In this document: piece after piece, positions 17,445-25,518 of the stretch
Layout: every line of letters starts with the position of its first letter
Numbering within the stretch: the stretch's first letter is position 1
Source: Actinomycetota bacterium
GTDB lineage: Bacteria > Actinomycetota > Acidimicrobiia > IMCC26256 > PALSA-555
Assembly: GCA_016870595.1 (NCBI GenBank)
Contig: VGBI01000003.1
Coordinates: 534-64,533, forward strand
Direction: 5' to 3'
Length of the DNA stretch: 64,000 nucleotides
The notes under the pieces: generated by a model
Seen by the model: the letters and a program-made list of their open reading frames with translations, nothing else
What the model was told of the DNA's origin: nothing
The model's database searches: none
Made by a program: the position numbers and the translations under genes

Positions 17445-19847
17445 TCACCAACTCCACGCGTACCGCTCGTCGGGCCAGTAGACGATGCCGGCCTCGGCGA
17501 GGCGGTGGGCGTCGGCGGCGCGGCCCATCTCGTCGAGGATCTCGAGGGTGTGCTCGCCGACCCGGGGCGGCGGGCCGAACACCCGGGCCGGGGTGGCCGA
17601 GAAGTTGATCAGCTCGCCGAACTGGCGCATCCGCCCGACGATCGGGTGGTCGTACTGCACCACGAGGCCGAGGCGCTCGGCGTCGGCGTCGTACAGCGGC
17701 CGGTGCCCGCCCTCGGTCTGGATCGGGACCTCGTTGGGGACCCCGGCGTCGTCGAGCGCCCGCGACCAGTTGATGGCGGTGCGGGTGCGGAACGCGACCT
17801 CGAGCTGCCCGACCACCGTCGACCGGTCGGCGTCGTCGGGCACGCCGAGCACACCGACCAGGGCCTGCCACTGCTCGGGCCGCAGCGCCGCGACCTGGAT
17901 CCACCAGTCCTGGGTCGCGTAGAGCCGGTACTCGGGCGCGAAGCCGTGCTGGCCGACGTCGGTCTTGGGCCGGGGCGACGGGGTGCCGTCGGCCCGCAGC
18001 AGCACGTCGGAGGCGTGCCAGGCGCCGCCGTCCATCAGCGACGTCCACAGCTCCTGGCCCTCGCCGGTGCGGTCGCGGTGCACGATCGCCGCGAGCACCC
18101 CGACGACCGACAGCATCGCGTTGGCGGCGTCGCACATGCCGAAGCGGTAGTAGAGCGGCGGGTGGCCGTGCTGCACGCCGCCGACCTCGTACTCGAGCCC
18201 GGCCGACGCCTGGTAGAGCGGGTCGAGCCCGCCGAACTCCGACAACGGGCCCTCGAGCCCGTACGCGTAGGTGTTGCAGTAGATGACGTCGGGGTTGACC
18301 GCCCGGCACGCTTCGTCGTCGAGCCCGAGGCGGGCGGCGGTGCCCTTGGTCATGTTGTGGTGCACGACGTCGGCGCGGGCGATCAACTCCTTCGCCAACG
18401 CCAGGCCCTCGGGGTCCTTGAGGTTGATCGCGATGTCGCGCTTGCCCCGCTGGCACCCGAAGAACGGCGCGCCGCCGAGGCGCATGCCGTCGCCGGTGAC
18501 CGGCTCGACCTTGATGACGTCCATGCCGAGGTCACCGAGGATCATCGGTCCGAACGGCCCGGCGAGGTACTGCCCGAAGTCGAGCAGCGTCAGACCCGCG
18601 AGCGGCCCGCGGGGCTCGCCCGGCGTGGCGAGCGGGTCGATGCGCACGGTGGCGTCGCCCATGGAGCGGATCGGCGTCGCGACCCGCGCCGGCGCGTCCG
18701 CCGCCACGGTGATCGCGGCGATCTCGTCGGCCGACAGCCCGACCGAGCCCCACACCTCGGCGTTGTGCTCGCCGCAGCGGGGCTGCCCACCGGTGATCGC
18801 GCCGGGAGTGCCGAGCAGGTGGATGGGCACGCCCAGCTGGGTGGTCGAGCCGAGGTCGGGGTCGTCGACGGTGGCGACCATCCGGTTGGCGATCAGCTGG
18901 GGGTGGCGGAACTGGTCCTCGGGCTCGACGATGGCCTCGACCGCATGGTTGTTGGCGACGAGAGTGGCCACGAGCTCGTCGCGGTTCCAGGTCCTGATCG
19001 CCTCGCGCTGGCGGTTGGCCACGATCGTGTGGGCCTGGATCGGGCTGAGGCCGGCGAAGGTCTCGGGCGGTAGCGGCTCGAGCCCGAGGATCTCGTCGAT
19101 GGACGCCTTGGGCGTGAGGCCGCTCATCACGCTCAGGTGGATCCACCCGTCGGCGACCTCGAAGATCATCGGCTGGTGCACGCCGGGCGGGTCGGTCTTG
19201 CTCATCATCCCGTAGTAGGCGGAGTCGCCGGTGGCGGTGTCCTGCCACAGCTGGGTCGTGTACAGCCAGGCGCCCTGGAGCAGGCTGGTCTGCACGTGCT
19301 GGCCCTCGCCGGTGGCCGCCCGGGCGTGCAGGGCGGCCAGGATGCCCGAGGCCACGAGCCAGATCATCCCGCTGCTCGGCATGGGCATCGGCAGGAAGAT
19401 CGGTCCCGCCCGCCAGCCGGGCTGCTCCCACTGCTGGCCGCTCGCCGCCTGGATCAGCGCGTCGTAGCCGGGGCGGTGCTGGGCCCGGTGGCCGACCGGG
19501 TAGCCGGGCACCGAGCAGGTGACGAGACGGGGGGCGGCCGCCCGCAGGGTGGCGCTGTCGATGCCGAGGCGCTCGGTGACCCCGGGCCGGAACGAGTCGA
19601 CGACGACGTCGGCGGTGCGCGCCAGCGCGAGGAAGGCGGTCCGGCCCGCCTCGGACTTCAGGTCGACGGTGACCGAGCGCCGGGACCGGGTCCACACCTT
19701 GTAGCCCTCGTAGTGGCGGAACGGGTCACCCCCGGGGGGCTCCACCTTGATCACGTCGGCGCCCTGCTCGGCGAGCAGCAGGATGCCGAGGGCGGCGGTC
19801 CCCGAAGTGAGGTCGAGGACGCGGATTCCGTCGAGTGCTCCGGCCAT
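17445..19847 (-). CDS. Tandem-fused family III (CaiB/BaiF) CoA-transferase, two complete domains in one 800-aa chain
   Basis: ORF 17445..19970 trimmed to ATG 19845-19847 (GAGG SD). Two copies of the family signature: GIRVLDLT...ADVIKVEPPGGD...GYDALIQAASG and LTLLDFGQYLAGPFG...DVIKVEP...GLDPLYQASAG. Confidence 0.9.
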   Translation of the reverse strand: MAGALDGIRVLDLTSGTAALGILLLAEQGADVIKVEPPGGDPFRHYEGYKVWTRSRRSVTVDLKSEAGRTAFLALARTADVVVDSFRPGVTERLGIDSATLRAAAPRLVTCSVPGYPVGHRAQHRPGYDALIQAASGQQWEQPGWRAGPIFLPMPMPSSGMIWLVASGILAALHARAATGEGQHVQTSLLQGAWLYTTQLWQDTATGDSAYYGMMSKTDPPGVHQPMIFEVADGWIHLSVMSGLTPKASIDEILGLEPLPPETFAGLSPIQAHTIVANRQREAIRTWNRDELVATLVANNHAVEAIVEPEDQFRHPQLIANRMVATVDDPDLGSTTQLGVPIHLLGTPGAITGGQPRCGEHNAEVWGSVGLSADEIAAITVAADAPARVATPIRSMGDATVRIDPLATPGEPRGPLAGLTLLDFGQYLAGPFGPMILGDLGMDVIKVEPVTGDGMRLGGAPFFGCQRGKRDIAINLKDPEGLALAKELIARADVVHHNMTKGTAARLGLDDEACRAVNPDVIYCNTYAYGLEGPLSEFGGLDPLYQASAGLEYEVGGVQHGHPPLYYRFGMCDAANAMLSVVGVLAAIVHRDRTGEGQELWTSLMDGGAWHASDVLLRADGTPSPRPKTDVGQHGFAPEYRLYATQDWWIQVAALRPEQWQALVGVLGVPDDADRSTVVGQLEVAFRTRTAINWSRALDDAGVPNEVPIQTEGGHRPLYDADAERLGLVVQYDHPIVGRMRQFGELINFSATPARVFGPPPRVGEHTLEILDEMGRAADAHRLAEAGIVYWPDERYAWSW

Positions 19848-19860
19848 GGACCTCGTTCTA

Positions 19861-20727
19861 CTACGCGAACCGGACCGGGATCTCCACGACGTCGCGGGGC
19901 GACCCGTCCTTGGGGGAGTCCCAGAACACGACCACCGTCCCCGTCGTGTTGCCCCGGGGATCGAACGCAACCCGCTCCGAGAACGTGCCCCAGGTGCCCG
20001 TGCCGGCGGTGGCGGTGGTGAAGGTGTCGGCCAGCACCCGGCCGTCGCCGCCGACGATCCGGATGCGGACCGTGCCCTCGAAGACGTTGGCCTCGCCGGC
20101 CACGGTCACCGGGCTGCGGACGAGGTCGCCGGGCGCCACGCTCTCGGGGAACACGAGCGGGGTGAGGTCGCGGAAGTCGGCCCGGGTCAGGGGCGGGCCC
20201 TCGGGGCCGAACCGCACGGCGCGCACGGTGGGGAACTGGGTGAGCGTGAAGACGATCTGGGCGCGGGCGGTGACTCCCGCCGCGTCGGTGCCGGTGACGG
20301 GCGGCTCGAGGGTCACGGTGGCGGTGCCGTCGGTGATCGACAGCCCGGTGACCGTGGTCCCGGTCCGGACGCTGCTCGTGTGGCCGAGCGTGCGCTCGAC
20401 CGGGTTCGGGCCGGCGACGAGCTGCTCGAGCGCGGCCCGGGCCGGCGCCTGGGTGGGCGCGACCCGCCGGTGGGTCGTGACCACCTTCCCGTCGTCGAGG
20501 AACACCACCCGCAGGTCGACGCCGGGGGCGTCGGGTGCCACGGTGGCCGGGGTCGGCGCCGCGCCGGTCGGGCCGGTCGTCGCCCCGGTGGACGGTGCGC
20601 CGGTCGTCGCAGTGGTGGCCGACCGGACCCGGTCGGACCCGCCGCAGGCGGCGAGGACGAGGGTGGCGGCGACCAGCACGACCGCGCCCGCGGCGAGCAG
20701 GGGGGCGGGCCGACGCGGACGGTCCAT
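19861..20727 (-). CDS. Lipoprotein with GerMN-like and Gmad2-like immunoglobulin-type domains
   Basis: Trimmed to ATG 20725-20727. Signal peptide plus lipobox (LVLAAC). LRVVFLDDGKV...ALEQLVAGP is GerMN-like. VFEGTVRIRIV...GTWGTF is Gmad2-like. Thirteen nt upstream of the CoA-transferase start. Confidence 0.7.
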   Translation of the reverse strand: MDRPRRPAPLLAAGAVVLVAATLVLAACGGSDRVRSATTATTGAPSTGATTGPTGAAPTPATVAPDAPGVDLRVVFLDDGKVVTTHRRVAPTQAPARAALEQLVAGPNPVERTLGHTSSVRTGTTVTGLSITDGTATVTLEPPVTGTDAAGVTARAQIVFTLTQFPTVRAVRFGPEGPPLTRADFRDLTPLVFPESVAPGDLVRSPVTVAGEANVFEGTVRIRIVGGDGRVLADTFTTATAGTGTWGTFSERVAFDPRGNTTGTVVVFWDSPKDGSPRDVVEIPVRFA

Positions 20728-20766
20728 GCCTCGAGTATCGCGGACGGGACGCTGCTCGGGCATCCG

Positions 20767-21780
20767 GTGGTGCTGATCACCGGGAACGAGGGCTGCGACC
20801 GCAACGTGTCCCGACTCGCCCAGGAGGAGCTCTTGAGCGAGGCGGGGCTGGTGGCGGTGGTGGGGACGACCTGCTCCTCCGCCGCGCTCGGGCAGGCCGA
20901 TGTGGCGTTCAGCGCGGCCCGGATCCCGATCGTGTCACCGTCGAACACGGCCCCCGCGCTCACCGACCCCGAGACCCACGAGCGCTACTACTTCCGGGTC
21001 GCGTGGAACGACAAGCTCCAGGGTGCGGTCATGGCCAACTTCGCGGCGTTCCGGGGCTGGCGCGGCGTCACCGTGATCGCGCAACCCGACGATCCGTACT
21101 CCGACCAGCTGGCCGACGCGGTCGCGAGCCAGGCACGGCGCCGTCAGGTCGGCGTCCGGACCGTCCTCTGGACCACCGGCGGCACCGCCGCTGCGGTGGC
21201 CGCCGCGGCAACCGATCCCCGTCCGGTCGTCCTCACGCTGCTGCCGCCCCAGTGCCGCAACGTCGCCGCCGCGATCCGCCAGGAGCCGGCGCTGGCGGGG
21301 GTGCCGATCCTGGTGTCGGAGGCCTGCGGGGATGCCGACTTCCTGCGAGCCCTCGGCCCCGACCCGGGGGACGTCTACGCGTCGGTCCCCGACACCCGGG
21401 GCGCGAACGAGTCCCGGGCCTTCTACACCGAGTCCTTCGTCCCGGCGTTCACGAACCGGGTCGGCACGGGCCCGACGGTGGCGTTCCACGCCCAGGCCTT
21501 CGACGCGGCGCAACTCATCTTCTCGGCGATCCGGCGGGCGGCGGTCGGGCAGCCCGGCGGCGAGCTGCTCATCGAACGCAAGCGGATGCGCGACGCGCTC
21601 CTGCGGATCGCGGGCTATCCGGGCGTCTCGGGGGTGGTGACCTGCTCACCGAGCGGCGACTGCGCCGACCAGGTGGCCATCGGCATCTACCGGGCCCCCG
21701 CCTGGCCCGCCGTCGTCGGGCCGAGTGCCCCGCCCGTGTTCAGCCAGTCACTGACCCTGGGTGACCTCGAGTCGAGCTGA
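20767..21780 (+). pseudogene. N-terminally truncated LivK/Peripla_BP_6-type ABC substrate-binding protein, orphan (no signal peptide, no permease genes)
   Basis: Homology-like sequence begins abruptly at GHPVVLITGNEGC...VAVVGTTCSSAAL...IPIVSPSNTAPALT. That corresponds to roughly residue 60-70 of typical family members. Everything upstream in frame is antisense of the lipoprotein gene. The first usable start is GTG 20767. Confidence 0.5.
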
Positions 21781-21792
21781 CCCGCCCCGGGG

Positions 21793-22389
21793 TCACGCGC
21801 GGGTCGCGCGGACCAGCGTGTCGATCGCCTCGACCGTCCCGGCCTCGGTGGGCACGGCCCGGTGCACCCGGCCGGCCGCCACCTCGGTGAGGTCGCCGAT
21901 CACCGCCACCACCGCCTCGGGGGTCGTGCACACCGCCGGGTCCTGGGGCCCGCCGTGGCCGTGGGCGATGTTGTCGACGTCGTGCGCGACCACGAGCAGC
22001 GTGCCGCCCGGCGCCACGGCGTCGGCGGCCCGGCGGTAGGCCGTGGCCCGTTCCTCGGCCGGGAGCTGCAGGTAGCACACGAGCACCAGGTCGAACCCGG
22101 GGGGCTCGGGAGTCCAGGTGGTGACGTCGGCGACCACCCAGTCGACCGCGAGCCCGCGCTCGGCGGCGAGGGCCCGACCCTTGTCGATCGCCACGGCGGA
22201 GAAGTCGACGGCGGTGGCCCGCCAGCCGAGCGCGGCCAGCCACAGGGCGTTGCGGCCCTCGCCGCAGGCGACGTCGAGGGCCCGCCCCGGCGTCATCCCG
22301 GTGACCGCCTCCTCGACGAAGCGGTTGGGCCCGGCCGACCACACCAGCGGTGCGGCGGCGTACCGGTCGTCCCAGGCCCGGGCGTCCAT
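21793..22389 (-). CDS. Class I SAM-dependent methyltransferase
   Basis: WDDRY...ALDVACGEGRNALWLA (motif I), then DLVLVCY and LLVVAH. The ATG shares its A with the upstream TGA. Confidence 0.85.
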   Translation of the reverse strand: MDARAWDDRYAAAPLVWSAGPNRFVEEAVTGMTPGRALDVACGEGRNALWLAALGWRATAVDFSAVAIDKGRALAAERGLAVDWVVADVTTWTPEPPGFDLVLVCYLQLPAEERATAYRRAADAVAPGGTLLVVAHDVDNIAHGHGGPQDPAVCTTPEAVVAVIGDLTEVAAGRVHRAVPTEAGTVEAIDTLVRATRA

Positions 22390-23252
22390 CAGGCGGCGTA
22401 CGCGAGCGGCGCCTCGCCGGCCACGGTGGTGCGGTGCATCGCGCGCCGGTGCCCGGTGAAGTCGGCCATGGCCATGTGCTGCACGGCCCGGTTGTCCCAG
22501 ATGGCAAGGTCACCGACCCGCCACTGCCACCGGCAGGTGAAGTCGGTGCGGGTCGAGTGGGCGAACAGGAAGTCGAGCAGGGGCTTGGCCTCGTGGGGCG
22601 CGAACCCGTGGAGGCCGATCGTGTACTGCGCGTTGACGAACAGGGCCGGCTGCCCGGTCTCACCGTGGGCCCGTACGACGGGGTGGACCCGCGTCTCGTT
22701 GGCCGAGTCGTCGGTGCGCACCGCCATCCCGGCGAAGGTGTCGTGCACCGCCTGCATGCGGGGCGAGTACGCGTTGACGGCGCTGTGGACGCCCCGGAGC
22801 CCGGCCAGCATCGACTGCATCCCCGGCGAGAGGCGCGCGTACGCGAGCGTCTGGCTGGCCCAGATCGTGTCGCCGCCGTACGGCGGCACCTCGAGCGCGT
22901 GGAGGATCGACGCCGACGGTGGCTCGGGGAGGAACGAGAAGTCGGAGTGCCAGAGGCCGCCGAAGGTGTAGCCGTGGGCCTCGGTCGCCTCGCGCACCAC
23001 CGCGATGACCTCGGGGTTGCCGGGAATCGACTGGACGAACGGCACGGGGCTCGGCGGACCGAGGCGATGGCTGAACGTCACCTGCTGGTCGGGGTCGAGG
23101 CACTGGTCGCGCAGGACCACCACGCCGTGGTCGAGCAGGGCGCGGCGGATGTGCGCGATCTCGGCGTCGTCGGGGTCGCGGGCGAGATCGATGCCGTGCA
23201 CCACGGCGCCGCAGGCCCCGGCGATGCGTTCGGTGGTGATCGTCGTGCCCAC
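22389..23252 (-). CDS. TauD/TfdA-family Fe(II)/2-oxoglutarate dioxygenase (second paralog)
   Basis: WHSDFSF iron motif, GGDTIWAS, IWDNRAVQH. Confidence 0.9.
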   Translation of the reverse strand: MGTTITTERIAGACGAVVHGIDLARDPDDAEIAHIRRALLDHGVVVLRDQCLDPDQQVTFSHRLGPPSPVPFVQSIPGNPEVIAVVREATEAHGYTFGGLWHSDFSFLPEPPSASILHALEVPPYGGDTIWASQTLAYARLSPGMQSMLAGLRGVHSAVNAYSPRMQAVHDTFAGMAVRTDDSANETRVHPVVRAHGETGQPALFVNAQYTIGLHGFAPHEAKPLLDFLFAHSTRTDFTCRWQWRVGDLAIWDNRAVQHMAMADFTGHRRAMHRTTVAGEAPLAYAA

Positions 23253-23307
23253 GGGGCCTCCTCGGTCGGTGTCGGCCCGCTCGGCGCAGGCAGCGCGGGT
23301 GGCGGGC

Positions 23308-23631
23308 TCAGCGCAGGGTGTAGCCCGCGTCCTTCAGCTCGCGACAGGACGGGCAGACCGGGTAGCGCGACGGGTCGCGGGTGGGGACCCACCGCTTGCC
23401 GCACAGGGCCACGATGGCCTCGCCGGTCACGTGGGCCCGCACGATGTCGGCCTTCTTGCAGAAGTGGGCGAAGCGGTCGTGGTCGCCGTCGTCGAGCTCG
23501 GGTCGGGCGGGCGCCTCGATCGTCTCGGGAGGCGTGACGACGGTCTGGGCCCGTCCGCGGGTGACGGTCCCGGCCCGCCCGACGGCGACGGGCCGGGCCG
23601 GGTCGGGGGCGACGGTGGCGCTCGGCGTCAT
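23308..23631 (-). CDS. DUF3039 domain protein
   Basis: Trimmed to ATG 23629-23631. The C-terminus DHDRFAHFCKKADIVRAHVTGEAIVALCGKRWVPTRDPSRYPVCPSCRE matches the DUF3039 pattern. Confidence 0.8.
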   Translation of the reverse strand: MTPSATVAPDPARPVAVGRAGTVTRGRAQTVVTPPETIEAPARPELDDGDHDRFAHFCKKADIVRAHVTGEAIVALCGKRWVPTRDPSRYPVCPSCRELKDAGYTLR

Positions 23632-23686
23632 GGGCCGCCACGGTACTCCCGGCGGCCGCAGAGGGGCACCGGTAGCCTCCGCCCGG

Positions 23687-25129
23687 ATGCCCCCGCGCCC
23701 CCGGCCGACCGGCTCGTCCCGTGCGACCCGTCCGGCGCGCCCGACCGCGGCGACCACCGACGACGAACGGACCCTGACCGTCGGCGAGCTCGGGACGCTG
23801 ATCCAGGGGGCGCTCGGTGCCGGGGTGCCCGACGGCGTCTGGGTCCGCGGCGAGATCAGCCGCTTCAAGAAGCCCAACGCCCGGGGTCACACCTACTTCG
23901 ACCTGGCCGAGAAGGACCCGCACAGCACCACTCCCGCCGCCGTGATCTCGGTGGCGCTGTTCCAGGGGCGCGCGGCCGCGGTGTTCCGGGCCTGCGCCGC
24001 GGCCGGGGTCGAGCTTGCTGACGGCGTGGAGGTCCGGGTCCGGGGGAAGGTCGACTACTACCCCCCGTTCGGCCGGATCCAGATGATCATCGACGCCGTC
24101 GACCCGGTGTTCACGATCGGGCAGCTCAGCGCCGACCGCGACCGGGTGCTGCGTCTGCTCGCGGCCGAGGGCCTGCTCGAGGTCAACGGCCGGCGCCCGT
24201 TCCCGCGCGTGCCGTTGCGGATCGGGCTCGTCACCTCGGCGGGGAGCGCGGCCGACCACGACTTCTGCGACGAGCTCGACGCCAGCGGCTTTGCGTTCCG
24301 GGTCGTGCGGGCCCACGCCCAGGTGCAGGGTGCCGGTGCCGCCGCCGAGATCGTCGCCGCCCTCGGGCGTCTCGCCGCCCTCGACCTCGACGCGATCGCG
24401 GTGGTCCGCGGGGGCGGCGCGCGCACCGACCTCGCGGCCTTCGACGCCGAGGCGGTGGCCCGCGCGATCGCGGCCGTGCCGGTGCCGGTGGTCACCGGCA
24501 TCGGTCACGAGATCGACACCACCGTCGCCGACGCCGTGGCCCACACCGCGGCCAAGACCCCGACCGCCGCGGCCGGGGTGTTCGTCGACGCCGTCGGCGG
24601 CTTCGCCGACGAGCTCGGCCGCCTGGCCCAACGGGTGACGGGCCGGGCCCGGTCGCTGTGCACGGTCGCCGGCCGCGACCTCGACGCCCGCCGTCGCCGC
24701 GTGGTCGACCTGGCCCGGGCCGGGACGCGGAGCGCGACCCAGGGGCTCGGCGCCCGGGAGCGGGGCATCGTGGTGGCGGCCCGTGCGGCGCTGGCCCGCG
24801 GGTCGGAGCGGGTCGACGACCGGCGCGTGCGGGTCGCGCCGGTGGCCCGGCGCGCGCTGCGCGAGGCCCGCCGGGACCTGGGCACGTTGGAGGTCCGGAT
24901 CCGGGCGCTCGACCCGCAGCGGGTGCTGGAGCGGGGTTACTCGATCACCCGGGCCGACGACGGCCGGGTCGTCCGGTCGCCGGCCGACGTGGCCCCCGGT
25001 GCCATGCTGGTCACCGAGGTCCGCGGGGGCACCGTGACGAGCACGGTCGTCACCACCGAGCCGCGCGGCGACCAGGGCGACCAGGGCGAGCAGGGCGACC
25101 AGGGCGAGCAGGAGGGCGACGGACGATGA
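23687..25129 (+). CDS. xseA: Exodeoxyribonuclease VII large subunit
   Basis: ATG 23687 within ORF 23381..25129. OB-fold N-terminus (VWVRGEISRFKKPNARGHTYFDL) and GLVTSAGSAADHDF...VVRGGGA catalytic region. The stop overlaps the xseB ATG (ATGA). Confidence 0.9.
   Translation: MPPRPRPTGSSRATRPARPTAATTDDERTLTVGELGTLIQGALGAGVPDGVWVRGEISRFKKPNARGHTYFDLAEKDPHSTTPAAVISVALFQGRAAAVFRACAAAGVELADGVEVRVRGKVDYYPPFGRIQMIIDAVDPVFTIGQLSADRDRVLRLLAAEGLLEVNGRRPFPRVPLRIGLVTSAGSAADHDFCDELDASGFAFRVVRAHAQVQGAGAAAEIVAALGRLAALDLDAIAVVRGGGARTDLAAFDAEAVARAIAAVPVPVVTGIGHEIDTTVADAVAHTAAKTPTAAAGVFVDAVGGFADELGRLAQRVTGRARSLCTVAGRDLDARRRRVVDLARAGTRSATQGLGARERGIVVAARAALARGSERVDDRRVRVAPVARRALREARRDLGTLEVRIRALDPQRVLERGYSITRADDGRVVRSPADVAPGAMLVTEVRGGTVTSTVVTTEPRGDQGDQGEQGDQGEQEGDGR
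25067..25111 (+). repeat. Five tandem 9-nt units (GGCGA[C/G]CAG) encoding GDQGDQGEQGDQGEQ in the xseA C-terminal tail
   Basis: Read directly: ggcgaccag ggcgaccag ggcgagcag ggcgaccag ggcgagcag. Confidence 0.85.
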
Positions 25130-25362
25130 CGGCGGCAGCAGGGGATCCGGAGGCCATCGGCTACGGCGAGGCGATGGCGGAGCTCGAGGCGATCCTCGCC
25201 GAGCTCGAGGGGCACGACCTCGACATCGATCTGCTCGCCGACCGGGTCCGGCGGGCGAGCGAGCTGATCACCTCGTGCCGCGACCGGATCACCCGCGCCG
25301 AGGCCGACGTCGACGAGATCGTGGCCGACCTCGAGGACCTCGCCACCGACGCCACCGAGTGA
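25126..25362 (+). CDS. xseB: Exodeoxyribonuclease VII small subunit
   Basis: 78 aa. YGEAMAELEAILAELEG...ELITSCRDRITRAE is typical of XseB. ATGA overlap with xseA. Confidence 0.9.
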   Translation: MTAAAGDPEAIGYGEAMAELEAILAELEGHDLDIDLLADRVRRASELITSCRDRITRAEADVDEIVADLEDLATDATE

Positions 25363-25490
25363 GGCGCGGCCCCCGGGTCGCCATCGAACCGGTGGTCGGC
25401 ATCGGTGCCGGTGCCGGCGCCGCCGGTTCCGACCCGGAGATGCCCGGCGTCCGGGCCCGGGTGGGTTAGGGTCCGGGGACCACTTCGTGC

Positions 25491-25518
25491 GCCGGGAGAC
25501 GACCGCCGGGAGACGACC
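25491..25518 (+). repeat. Perfect 14-nt tandem duplication (GCCGGGAGACGACC x2) abutting the FGGY kinase ATG, duplicating its Shine-Dalgarno
   Basis: gccgggagacgacc gccgggagacgacc atg read directly. Confidence 0.9.
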
